From an uncultured Parachlamydiaceae bacterium (GTDB lineage Bacteria; Chlamydiota; Chlamydiia; Chlamydiales; Parachlamydiaceae), in the NCBI GenBank assembly GCA_963742415.1, contig CAVULX010000003.1, forward strand, positions 448,001-512,000: DNA of 64,000 nt, given 5' to 3'. Below are positions 47,102 through 56,917 of the stretch, one piece after another. Made by a program: the position numbers and the translations under genes. Each line of letters begins with the position of its first letter. Position 1 is the stretch's first letter. The notes below the pieces were generated by a model. That model was given only the letters and a program-made list of their open reading frames with translations. It searched no databases and was not told the origin of the DNA.

Positions 47102-47195
47102 TGTCGTCCTTACAGGACTCCTTAATTTGTAATTCATACCCAGGCCTGGCGGCCTGGGTATGAATTACAAATTAAGGAGTCCTGTAAGGACGACA
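47102..47195. repeat. Perfect 45-bp-arm palindrome (REP/REPIN-like)
   Basis: TGTCGTCCTTACAGGACTCCTTAATTTGTAATTCATACCCAGGCC-tggc-exact reverse complement. Confidence 0.92.
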
Positions 47196-47691
47196 TAAAA
47201 TTTCAACATCGCGTAAGACAAGAATAGAAGAGGTTCGAGAAAGATAAAAGAGGAAAAATGGGTCTTTCTAAAAAATTGCAGTCGAATTCCTCTTTGATAA
47301 AATCTCTTATTTTGAGTCCTTTTTTCCCTTTCTACAGTTTGATTTAAAACTGCAAAAGGCCCTCCTTTGTTTGGCAATTTATGCTAGAAGGGATAAAAAT
47401 AGTTTCCAGATTTTGCCCATCTTCTTGGCCCCGATTTTTTTTTTTTAGATTTTAGGCATGGATTAAAACCAATCTTTTTTTTAAAAAATTTATTTATATA
47501 TTTCTTGTAATGTTGCTTTTGGCCATATTCTAAAGGCACAGTTGTTTATTAAAAATGGATAAAAAAATGAAGGCAATCAATGAAGAAAAATAAGAAATTT
47601 TAACGTTATAAAAGAAAAGTGTTGCACAATGTATCCAAAAATTGATATTCAATGAATTGTCATGAAACACTAAATTTAGGAGGTTATAAAC

Positions 47692-48021
47692 ATGGCATTG
47701 AACGTAACTTGCAAACATATGTGCGATCTTTTATGCCACATTTCAAATGATTTGGGCAAAGCAGAAAAAGGAAACAAAGCTGCTGCGCAAAGAGTTCGAA
47801 CAGGAACTGTCAAACTTGAAAAAATAGCAAAAATGTATCGCAAAGAATCGATCAAATCAGAAAAAGCGAACAAAGGTCAAAAGAAAGCGAAAAAAGCGAA
47901 GCCAAAAGCAAAAGCTAAATCTGCAAAAGTAAAAGCACACCCAAAAGCAAAAGCTCACAAAGCAAAGCCTCGCGCTCTGAGCCTTAGAAGACCAACAGCT
48001 AAACTTCCAAGAAGAAGATAA
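47692..48021 (+). CDS. hctA: Chlamydial histone H1-like protein Hc1
   Basis: DLGKAEKGNKAAAQRVRTGTVKLEKIAKMYRKESIK plus Lys/Ala-rich tail; RBS AGGAGG. Confidence 0.95.
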   Translation: MALNVTCKHMCDLLCHISNDLGKAEKGNKAAAQRVRTGTVKLEKIAKMYRKESIKSEKANKGQKKAKKAKPKAKAKSAKVKAHPKAKAHKAKPRALSLRRPTAKLPRRR

Positions 48022-48048
48022 GCAGTTCTTGTTTTTTTATCCGAAATG

Positions 48049-48078
48049 AAATGCAGCCTACAAGGCTGCATTTTTTTT
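48049..48078 (+). terminator. Rho-independent terminator of hctA
   Basis: AAATGCAGCCT-aca-AGGCTGCATTTTTTTT. Confidence 0.85.
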
Positions 48079-48136
48079 GTTCTTTTCTTTTTCATTTTTT
48101 TCTTTTATATTTTTACCTTTAACTTTGCAGAAACAG

Positions 48137-49581
48137 ATGAACAAAAAGAAAGAACGGCCTCTCGTCGAGGTTGACATTACAAAGTTATCCTTAAAAGGAA
48201 ATGGACTCGGCACTTTTCATGGAGGCGATGGAACTCCCCGTGAAATCGAAATCCCTTTTGCTATCCCTGGAGATAAAGTCCACGCTCGAGTAGTTCATAA
48301 AAGAAGAAAAAAATGGAAAGGAATATTAGAAGAAGTGCTCACCCCTTCCGAAGAAAGGGTTTTGCACCGTTGCATCCATTTTGGTTCTTGCGGCGGCTGC
48401 CGCTGGCAGCAAATGGATTATCATAAACAACTAGACTACAAGCAAAATTTTGTGAGACACTGCTTTGCTTCTTTGCTCACACATCAAGTTGAAATTTTTC
48501 CTATACTCCCATGCCTTCCCCCTTGGAACTACCGCAATAAGATGGAATTCAGTTTTTCCAGCAATGCTGCCCAAGAACACTTTTTAGGGCTTGTTCTCGA
48601 TTCAAGCAAAGGGAAGGTTTTCAACTTGACGGAATGCCATTTGGTCAACAGTTGGTTTGAACAAGGGGTGAAAGCCATCCGAAAGTGGTGGAAAGAATCT
48701 AAACTAGACGCTTTTCACCCTTTTCGCAATACAGGTTCGCTGCGCACAATCACTTTTCGGGAAGGGATGCAAACAGGCGATCGGATGGTTATTTTGACTG
48801 TATCAGGCAATCCCGATTTTGCCTTGAAAAAGCATCATCTGGAAAGCTTTATTGCTTACCTTCGGGATGCCATTGAACCACTGGAACCGGCAAGTTATCT
48901 GAGCCTTTTTCTCCGCATTCAACAAACAGCAAAAGGGATGGCGACCAATTTTTACGAAATGCAGCTTTATGGACCTGATCATATTCGTGAAATTTTACAC
49001 GTCACACCTGATCTAACACAAAATCCTTTGTCCCTCTTATTTAAGATTAGCCCTTCAGCATTCTTTCAACCAAATACAAAACAAGCCGAGCAACTTTATT
49101 CAAAAGCTCTTCAGCTTTTGACAATACCCAAGGGGGCTATCATCTATGATCTGTACTGTGGAACAGGGAGTTTAGGGATTTGCGCGGCTAAGCTAGCAAA
49201 ACAAGTGATTGGAATTGAACTTTCACCCGAATCTTCTTTAGATGCCAAAAATAATATCGCTAATAACGGTTTTGACAACATAGAGATTCTGTGTGGATCG
49301 GTTTGTGAAACATTAGTTCAAATCCGCAATGAGAATCGCCTCCCCCTCCTGACATCGTCATGATAGACCCTCCAAGGGCTGGGTTAGAACCCAAAGCGAT
49401 GGAAGAAATTCTTCATCTAAATCCTGCTCAAATCCTCTACATCTCTTGTAATCCGCTCACGCAAGCTGAAAACATATCTACCTTGACAGCCCATGGATAC
49501 CGCTTACGTTGCTTGCAACCTGTAGACCAATTTCCTCAAACGCCCCATGTCGAAAATATTGCCATATTGGAACGGCTATAA
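48137..49581 (+). CDS. rlmD: 23S rRNA (uracil-5)-methyltransferase RumA/RlmD, split by one frameshift at the C run 49342-49346
   Basis: CIHFGSCGGC, YRNKMEF, FFQPN, DLYCGTG; PDIVMIDPPRAG, YISCNP and DQFPQTPHVE lie in the next frame. Confidence 0.9.
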
Positions 49582-50685
49582 ATGATGCGATTCAATATTC
49601 AAAAAAAAGATCCCCATTCTAAAGCCAGATTGGGAACGATCGAGACCGCCCACGGTTTAATAGAAACGCCTGTTTTTATGCCTGTCGGAACCCGCGGCGC
49701 TGTCAAAACAGTGACAAACGAACAGTTAGAAGACTTAGACGCCCAGATTATCTTAGGCAACACCTATCATCTCATGCTTCGCCCCGGTGTGGATATCTTA
49801 AAAAAGGCGGGGGGTTTGCACCTTTTTATGAAATGGCCCCGTCCTATACTTACAGATTCGGGAGGATACCAAGTTTTTTCTCTCGCAAGTTTAAATAAAG
49901 TGACTGCTGAAGGGGTTTATTTTCAATCCCACATCGATGGCTCTAGCCATTTTTTGGGACCTGAAGAAAGCATGATGATTCAAAAAACGATCGGATCCGA
50001 TATTGTCATGGCTTTTGACGAATGCACACCATTTCCATGTGAAAAGCATGAAGTTGAACAAGCCTTATTTAGAACCCATCGTTGGGCCAAGCAATGCCGA
50101 GATTACGCTTTGCAACCCCATCAAAATTTATTCGGTATTGTCCAAGGGGGAATTTATTCAGACTTGAGGCAGCAATCTGCCCAGGCTCTGACGCAATTGG
50201 ATTTTGATGGCTATGCCATTGGAGGTCTTTCCGTAGGGGAACCCATTCCGATGATGTATGAAATGATCGATGTGGTCGAGCCGTTGCTTCCCCAAGAAAA
50301 ACCCCGGTATTTAATGGGAGTTGGAACTCCCCGCAATATCATTGAAGCTGTCATGCGGGGCGTGGATATGTTCGATTGCGTCATGCCCACGCGCAATGCG
50401 CGCAACGGAACAGCCTTTACATGGGCGGGCAAGCTTGTGATCAAAGCAGGACGTTACGCGGAAGATTTCTCCCCACTTGATCCGATCCTTAACGCTTATC
50501 CTTCCCAATTTAGCAAAGCCTATATCCGCCATTTGTTAAATGTTCAGGAGATCACAGGCTTGACTTTGATGACCTTGCAAAATCTAGCCTTTTATCTTGA
50601 TTTCATGCGCCAGTTGAGGCAATCTATAGCTAGCGGAACGTTGTCAACATTTTACCAACAGATCTGCTCAATCTATCCAAATTAA
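49582..50685 (+). CDS. tgt: tRNA-guanine transglycosylase
   Basis: TPVFMPVGT, TDSGGYQ, GIVQGG, DMFDCVMPTR. Confidence 0.96.
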   Translation: MMRFNIQKKDPHSKARLGTIETAHGLIETPVFMPVGTRGAVKTVTNEQLEDLDAQIILGNTYHLMLRPGVDILKKAGGLHLFMKWPRPILTDSGGYQVFSLASLNKVTAEGVYFQSHIDGSSHFLGPEESMMIQKTIGSDIVMAFDECTPFPCEKHEVEQALFRTHRWAKQCRDYALQPHQNLFGIVQGGIYSDLRQQSAQALTQLDFDGYAIGGLSVGEPIPMMYEMIDVVEPLLPQEKPRYLMGVGTPRNIIEAVMRGVDMFDCVMPTRNARNGTAFTWAGKLVIKAGRYAEDFSPLDPILNAYPSQFSKAYIRHLLNVQEITGLTLMTLQNLAFYLDFMRQLRQSIASGTLSTFYQQICSIYPN

Positions 50686-50702
50686 AACTTGGGAAGTTTA
50701 CA

Positions 50703-51116
50703 ATGAAAAAAATGACTTATATTTTGATTTGCATCCAAACTTTTTGCTTTTCTCACGGACTGTTTGCTCAAAATGATAATGGAGATGTCCCCCCTCCTCG
50801 GGATCAGGGGCTTTGGCAAACGCTCTTCATGGTAGCTATTGCGCTGTTTTTCTTCTATTTTATCTTGTGGAGACCTGAGCAAAAGCGGCGCAGAGCGATG
50901 GAAGATCAACGGAGTTCCCTTAAAAAGGGGGATAAAGTGACCGCGATGGGGATCATCGGCACGGTCATCCGGATTCAAGAACAAACAGTTATCTTAAAGA
51001 TGTATGATGGGTCCAAAATCGAATTTCTAAAAGGTGCTATTAATGAGATCATCCCCGGCAGCGAAGAGGATGCAAAAAAAGCGGAAAAAGAGGATAAGAA
51101 TCTTCAAGCACCCTAA
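50703..51116 (+). CDS. yajC: Preprotein translocase subunit YajC
   Basis: FFYFILWRPEQKRR..LKKGDKVTAMGIIGTV. Confidence 0.93.
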   Translation: MKKMTYILICIQTFCFSHGLFAQNDNGDVPPPRDQGLWQTLFMVAIALFFFYFILWRPEQKRRRAMEDQRSSLKKGDKVTAMGIIGTVIRIQEQTVILKMYDGSKIEFLKGAINEIIPGSEEDAKKAEKEDKNLQAP

Positions 51117-51136
51117 AGAAGTCGAAAAGGAGCTTA

Positions 51137-51805
51137 ATGGATATAGATGACGCCGTCAAAAGAAAGGCGATGGTAGAAGAGCAGCTGCGCCGAAGAAGCA
51201 TCAAAGATGAAGCTGTTTTAAAAGCCATGCTCGAGGTTCCCCGCCACGCTTTTGTTCCTGAAAAAATGCGTCATTATGCCTATGAAGACGGCCCTCTCCC
51301 TGTGGGGTTTGGACAAACGATCAGCCAGCCCTACATTGTTGCTTTGATGACCCAAGCCGCCGAAGTGAATCCCCAATCGACTGTATTAGAAATTGGAACC
51401 GGTTCCGGCTATCAAGCTGCGATTTTGTCCCGCATCGCCAAAGAAGTTTATACGATTGAACGGATAAAACCTTTGGCCGATCATGCCGAAGCGGTTATCC
51501 GGGAATTGAAATATGATAATGTGCATATTAAATTTGGGGATGGAACACTTGGGTGGCCGGAAAAAGGTCCTTATGACGCTATTGTTGTGACCGCAGGAGC
51601 TCCTATTATTCCGGAATCTTTTATGTCCCAGTTGAAACCTGGCGGCCGCGTCATCATTCCCGTCGGCGATGCCATCAGCCAAGAGCTTTGGCGCCTCCGA
51701 AAGCAGACGGCTACGAATACTTATTCTCGAGAATTGTTGGAATTTGTGCGCTTTGTTCCTCTCATCGGCAAAGAAGGCTGGAAAGAAGAAGAGGAAATTT
51801 GGTAG
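51137..51805 (+). CDS. pcm: Protein-L-isoaspartate O-methyltransferase
   Basis: GQTISQPY, VLEIGTGSGYQAA, PYDAIVVTA, VRFVPL. Confidence 0.95.
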   Translation: MDIDDAVKRKAMVEEQLRRRSIKDEAVLKAMLEVPRHAFVPEKMRHYAYEDGPLPVGFGQTISQPYIVALMTQAAEVNPQSTVLEIGTGSGYQAAILSRIAKEVYTIERIKPLADHAEAVIRELKYDNVHIKFGDGTLGWPEKGPYDAIVVTAGAPIIPESFMSQLKPGGRVIIPVGDAISQELWRLRKQTATNTYSRELLEFVRFVPLIGKEGWKEEEEIW

Positions 51806-52141
51806 CCAATTCTTCAGGCAAAAGAGTCCTGTAAGGTCGCTGGAGTTTGGACATTTTGTGAAATTTTTTTTACATTATGATATCTCTTTCGCCGCTACCG
51901 CGGCTCCCTATTTATTGTACAGTTTCCCCACGTTTCAGCCTGCGCTTCGCGCATGGCTTTCACGCGGGGGCTCCCCACTTACCTCCCTTCCGGGAGGTTT
52001 TGCCACTTCTCATAGAATTGCAAAACACTCTTAGTAATAAAAACTAATTTAATATTATTACAAATCTTAATAATTTCTTAATAATTTTTGTATATAATTC
52101 CGGCAATAACATAACTTAAATAACACAAATGAGGTAATTAC

Positions 52142-52762
52142 ATGATTCATATAACTCATCATATAAACAATATAAGTAATTCGGTTCCACTTAGCAAATT
52201 AGTGACAACTGCAGGGCTCTTAGGAGGAATTGCAGCCACATTTAATATAATGGGTGTTGAGGCTTTAAAAAATAACATTAATACAATGAGTGATTATGAT
52301 TTTAATGATCTTAAAAGTAAAAGAATTTATAATATAGGAAGAACTTTTGTTACTTGGATTGATTATCCTCAATCGATACTAGCTGGAATTATTGCGACTA
52401 AAATTTTGCCAAAAAAATATGGGATAATTTGTTTGGCGGGATTTGTTGGGGTTCCCTTAGCATTAAAATCAATTATTCAAATCTCTGAAGTAAATGGACG
52501 CGTTTACCGTATTGCTCAATCATGTGACAATGTTATGCGCATTCTAGCTAAAATGATGAACTGCACTGGGGCTATAGGGGAATTGCATTCGAAAGTAAAA
52601 GCCAAGATTCCCTATAATTTCTGGTATGCCTGGAGTGTTTTAGATGCGGTTTCACAAACGCTTTCATTATTTCAAGAGGTAAAGGATACTTATGACTTTT
52701 TTTCGTCGAATTCTAGTGATCGCTTTTCCTGGTTAGCATTGAGGAGAGGCATACAGGATTAA
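52142..52762 (+). CDS. Hypothetical membrane protein (AT-rich orphan)
   Basis: 206-aa ORF with RBS GAGGT and hydrophobic segments. Confidence 0.65.
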   Translation: MIHITHHINNISNSVPLSKLVTTAGLLGGIAATFNIMGVEALKNNINTMSDYDFNDLKSKRIYNIGRTFVTWIDYPQSILAGIIATKILPKKYGIICLAGFVGVPLALKSIIQISEVNGRVYRIAQSCDNVMRILAKMMNCTGAIGELHSKVKAKIPYNFWYAWSVLDAVSQTLSLFQEVKDTYDFFSSNSSDRFSWLALRRGIQD

Positions 52763-52814
52763 AATGGAGGCAATAAAGCCCTATTTTCTTATTGATTCGG
52801 GGCAGTTTAGCGTG

Positions 52815-54515
52815 CTAACTTGCTCCAAACTTTTTGGCTTGGATTAAGGCTGCATCGAGGCTTGAAAAAATCCGTTCGGGGCCGATCAACTTGATCACCC
52901 CAAATTTTGTTAAATCCGTTAAAAAATTTTTATTCACTTCGGAAAGAAGCAACATGGTTCCTTCCCGCTTGCATTGATCATAAAACTCGATCAAAGAGTG
53001 CATTCCGCTGGCATCTAAAAGCTGAAGCCTCCTCATCCTTAAAATGAAAACTTTAGGCGGGGATTCAAAATTAGATAGAATTCCTTTGAGGCTGTTGGCC
53101 ACACCGAAGAAAAAGGGGCCGTTAATTTCGTAGATTTCAATCTCTGGAGAAACCCCTTTTTTATTTAAAGTTTCAATTTCTTCGGTTTCTTTATCCTCCT
53201 CCGATCCATTTTCTTGATCTAAGAATGAATAAACACCTGATATTTCTCCCATTCTTTTAATAAATATGAAAGCTGCCAAGATGACACCCACACTTACGGC
53301 CACGGTAAGGTCGACGAAAACTGTTAAAAGAAAGGTAACTAGCAGGATGGCAATATCTCCACTTGGCGCTTTGAAAATATGGAAAAAATGCTTTGCCTCG
53401 CTCATATTCCATGAAACCATGACTAATACGGCAGATAAAGCGGCTAGGGGAATTTGACTGACGACAGGGGCCAAGACAAGCAGAATAGCAAGGAGCGTAA
53501 GAGAATGGATCATCCCTGCAAGAGGTGTTTTTGCTCCGCTTTTGACATTGGTCGCTGTCCTTGCAATGGCTCCCGTTGCAGGGATCCCTCCAAAAATGAC
53601 AGAGCTTGTATTCGCTATCCCTTGTGCCATCAATTCGCAGTTAGCTTTATGAGTTGTTCCTGTCATCCCATCGGCAACGACAGCCGAGAGCAAAGATTCT
53701 ATCCCCGCCAAAAATGCCACGGTCAAAGCGTCCGGGATAAAGTCTCGAATATTTGTGATGAGGAGAGAAAAATCGGGGAAACTGGGCACCGGAAACGACC
53801 TTTGAATTTCCCCAAAACGGGTGGCAATGGTTTCCACGGGCAAATGGAAACCCCATGTGATCACTGTGGATATGGCTACAGCGGTAATTCCCCAAGGCAT
53901 GACTGGTAGAAAGCGGCGGATTAACAAAATGAGCAACAAAGTACCTAAGGCCACCAGGAATGTGCTAGGATCAAATGTTGGCAAAGCAGAAAAAAGGACT
54001 TTCCACTTTTGGATAAAGTCTGCGGGAAGATTTTGGATTTTGAGTCCGAGAAAGTCTTTCACTTGAGACGAAAAAATAATCACAGCAATTCCCGTAGTGA
54101 AACCTGTGATTAACGGATAAGGAACATATTTAATTAAATTGCCAAGCCTGGCTAAAGCCGAAATCACCAGGATAATCCCCGCCAAGATAGTGACGATAAC
54201 AAGACCGTCATAGCCCGATCGTTGGACAATATCGTAGATGATGACAACAAAGGCTCCGGTGGGGCCCCCAATTTGAAATCGGCTTCCACCTAAAAGGGAG
54301 ATCAAAAATCCTGCAATAATCGCCGTATACAATCCCCTTTCTGGGGTCAACCCGGCTGCAATGGAAAAGGCCATTGCCAAGGGCAAGGCCACGACACCAA
54401 CTGTAATGCCTGCAATTAAATCCCCTTTAAAGTAGTCTAACGAGTAATTTTTGCTTAGCAAAAGCCAAGATTTAGGGATAAAATTGGACCAGAACGACGT
54501 TTTTTCCTGATGCAT
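52815..54515 (-). CDS. SulP/SLC26 anion permease with STAS domain
   Basis: GDLIAGITVGVVALPLAMAF, QIGGPTGAF, GAIART, NGPFFFG..LDASG. Confidence 0.95.
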   Translation of the reverse strand: MHQEKTSFWSNFIPKSWLLLSKNYSLDYFKGDLIAGITVGVVALPLAMAFSIAAGLTPERGLYTAIIAGFLISLLGGSRFQIGGPTGAFVVIIYDIVQRSGYDGLVIVTILAGIILVISALARLGNLIKYVPYPLITGFTTGIAVIIFSSQVKDFLGLKIQNLPADFIQKWKVLFSALPTFDPSTFLVALGTLLLILLIRRFLPVMPWGITAVAISTVITWGFHLPVETIATRFGEIQRSFPVPSFPDFSLLITNIRDFIPDALTVAFLAGIESLLSAVVADGMTGTTHKANCELMAQGIANTSSVIFGGIPATGAIARTATNVKSGAKTPLAGMIHSLTLLAILLVLAPVVSQIPLAALSAVLVMVSWNMSEAKHFFHIFKAPSGDIAILLVTFLLTVFVDLTVAVSVGVILAAFIFIKRMGEISGVYSFLDQENGSEEDKETEEIETLNKKGVSPEIEIYEINGPFFFGVANSLKGILSNFESPPKVFILRMRRLQLLDASGMHSLIEFYDQCKREGTMLLLSEVNKNFLTDLTKFGVIKLIGPERIFSSLDAALIQAKKFGAS

Positions 54516-54544
54516 GATTCCATTTCCATTTCTTATGTTGTTTC

Positions 54545-54825
54545 ATGATTTACTACAGAGCCAGTGAGATCACTCCTAAGTAACTAGGCACAGAGAAGAA
54601 ACAGGATAAGCAGGATAAAAGAAAAAACGATGTCAACAGTCTTATCCGCATATTCTTACTCTTTATTCAATATCCTGCTTATCCTGCCGTTTACGATCCT
54701 GCTTATCCTATTTTTTCCTTCTCTGACTATTTTGACAGTCTAAAATCAAGTTATTTAGGGTTGTTAGAAGTGAAGAAGAAAATAAGAAAATGAACCGGCT
54801 ATCCCCCCTCTCTGTGGTAAATCAT
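54545..54825. mobile_element. MITE-like element with 16-bp terminal inverted repeats and a nested 9-bp-unit hairpin
   Basis: ATGATTTACTACAGAG / CTCTGTGGTAAATCAT (1 mismatch); internal CAGGATAAGCAGGATA (54602-54617) / TATCCTGCTTATCCTG (54671-54686). Confidence 0.65.
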
Positions 54826-56663
54826 TCCTGTGGCTCGTGGTTTTTCTTAGACAAGGCGATCATCAAAACGGAAATATCGGCAGGGGATACGCCGGAAATG
54901 CGGGAAGCTTGCCCCAAATTTTGAGGATTGTGTTTGCTTAATTTTTGTTTGGCTTCGGTCCTTAATCCGATGATTGAATTAAAATCAAAGTTTTCCGGGA
55001 TCTTGATTTTCTCGACATAAGACAACTTATTAATCTCGCTTTTCTGCCTTTCGATATATCCTGCGTATTTCAAATTAAGCTCGATTTGGCAATTGGTCTC
55101 CTCCCCATGGTTGAAAACCGCATCGGGAAAATCACGTAAAAGGGTTTCATAAGTAACTTCAGGGCGACATAGGAGCTGGGCTAATGAAAAACCTTTGCCA
55201 TTTTGCTGATGATAGATTTTGCTCAACCTTTCTATTTCCTTTTCGATCAACCTTTCTTTTTGCTGTAAACGTGTATACCGTTCATGGTCTATAAGCCCCA
55301 CTTGGTAGCCATGACGGCGCAATCTCAAATCGGCATTGTCTTGACGCAAAAGCAGCCGATGTTCTGCGCGGCTTGTAAACATCCGGTAAGGCTCATCCAA
55401 CCCTTTTGTCACAAGGTCATCGATCATGACACCGATATAGGCTTCAGACCGTTGTAAAATCAAGGGAGGCGACCCTTTGGCTTTGTTGGCGGCATTTATT
55501 CCCGCTATGATCCCTTGTCCGGCAGCTTCTTCGTAGCCCGAAGTGCCGTTGATTTGCCCCGCCAGGAAGAGCCCTTCAATTGTTTTTGATTCCAACGAAG
55601 GGAAAAGCTGGCCGCACAAAACGTAATCATACTCGATCGCATACGCGGGCCGCATGATTTCAGCATGGCGCAAAGCTGGGATGCTGTGAATGAACTCCAA
55701 CTGAACATCAAAAGGCAAGGAGGAGGACATCCCATTGACATAGACTTCTTGCGTATTGAGTCCTTCCGGCTCGAGGAAAATCTGATGCCGCTCTTTGTCG
55801 GCAAAGCGTACCACCTTGTCTTCAATCGAAGGGCAGTAGCGGGGGCCAATCCCTTGAATTTTTCCCGAATACATCGGGGAACGGTGAAGGTTGGCAAGGA
55901 TGATCTCTTTGGTTTTTTCGGTCGTATAAGTGATATGGCAAGAGACTTGTGGAAGACGGGGGATCCCTTCATCATCGAAGGAAAATTTTACATTTGGATC
56001 CCCAGGCTGCTCCTCCGTTAAGCTATAATCGATCGACCGTTTGTTGATCCTTGGGGGAGTCCCAGTTTTCAAGCGGCCCAAGTGAATCCCCAGTTTTTCC
56101 AAGCTCGCCGAAAGCCCAACGGCAGGCTGATCGCCAGCGCGCCCTCCTGAATAATTGGTTTCTCCAATATGGAGGAGGCCCCTCATAAATGTGCCTGAAG
56201 AGATTACCAAGGTTTTAGTGTGATAAATGATCCCTTCTTTCGTGATCACACCCGCTATGCGATCCTCTTTGATTAGAAGATCTTCGATGGTTCCTTGCTT
56301 GATTTCGAGATTGGGTGTTTTTTCAAGACGATGTTTCATTTCAAATTGATAGGCGATCTTGTCGGCTTGCGCTCTGGGAGCCCACACAGCAGGACCTTTG
56401 GTGGCGTTGAGCATGCGGAACTGGATGCCGGTCGCATCGGTCACTTTGCCCATTTCACCGCCGAGGGCATCGATTTCTCGGACGATATGCCCTTTTGCAA
56501 TCCCCCCGACCGCCGGATTGCAGCTCATTTTCCCGATGGTGTCCAATGTCATTGTGAGCAAGAGTGTGCGTGCGCCCATCCGTGCTGAAGCAAAAGCCGC
56601 TTCACAGCCGGCATGGCCCCCGCCTATGACGATGACATCGTATTCTACAGGATATTTCCACAT
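54822..56663 (-). CDS. mnmG: tRNA uridine-5-carboxymethylaminomethyl modification enzyme MnmG (GidA)
   Basis: [44 protein letters not shown]. Confidence 0.97.
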   Translation of the reverse strand: MWKYPVEYDVIVIGGGHAGCEAAFASARMGARTLLLTMTLDTIGKMSCNPAVGGIAKGHIVREIDALGGEMGKVTDATGIQFRMLNATKGPAVWAPRAQADKIAYQFEMKHRLEKTPNLEIKQGTIEDLLIKEDRIAGVITKEGIIYHTKTLVISSGTFMRGLLHIGETNYSGGRAGDQPAVGLSASLEKLGIHLGRLKTGTPPRINKRSIDYSLTEEQPGDPNVKFSFDDEGIPRLPQVSCHITYTTEKTKEIILANLHRSPMYSGKIQGIGPRYCPSIEDKVVRFADKERHQIFLEPEGLNTQEVYVNGMSSSLPFDVQLEFIHSIPALRHAEIMRPAYAIEYDYVLCGQLFPSLESKTIEGLFLAGQINGTSGYEEAAGQGIIAGINAANKAKGSPPLILQRSEAYIGVMIDDLVTKGLDEPYRMFTSRAEHRLLLRQDNADLRLRRHGYQVGLIDHERYTRLQQKERLIEKEIERLSKIYHQQNGKGFSLAQLLCRPEVTYETLLRDFPDAVFNHGEETNCQIELNLKYAGYIERQKSEINKLSYVEKIKIPENFDFNSIIGLRTEAKQKLSKHNPQNLGQASRISGVSPADISVLMIALSKKNHEPQE

Positions 56664-56739
56664 GATAGCGAACCAACAATATTATTATTTTTGTCTAAAG
56701 AAATCAGAATAGAGGTGTTGGATTTCGAAAGAAGACATA

Positions 56740-56762
56740 TGCTGGGGAAATACTCCCCAGCA
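56740..56762. terminator. GC-rich hairpin downstream of the bS22-like gene
   Basis: TGCTGGGGA-aatac-TCCCCAGCA; weak T tail on the minus strand. Confidence 0.45.
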
Positions 56763-56771
56763 AAATTTTCC

Positions 56772-56861
56772 CTATTTGCCTTTGTGACGATCACGTCGGC
56801 TACGTTTTTTCCGTTTGTGCTTAGCGATTTTGTATTTTCGCTTCTTTTTTACAGAAGACAT
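56772..56861 (-). CDS. 29-aa AURKAIP1/COX24-domain basic protein (bS22/mS38-like); absent from the ORF track
   Basis: MSSVKKKRKYKIAKHKRKKRSRRDRHKGK, RBS GGAG 5 nt upstream. Confidence 0.88.
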   Translation of the reverse strand: MSSVKKKRKYKIAKHKRKKRSRRDRHKGK

Positions 56862-56917
56862 GTTTACTCCAAAATAAGATACACATAAATCAATAGCAAT
56901 GATGATAAGAAAAAGGA

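Noticed and set aside
51669-52034. 121-aa ORF after pcm
   Set aside because: Overlaps pcm and runs through GC-rich REP-like hairpins; no protein features
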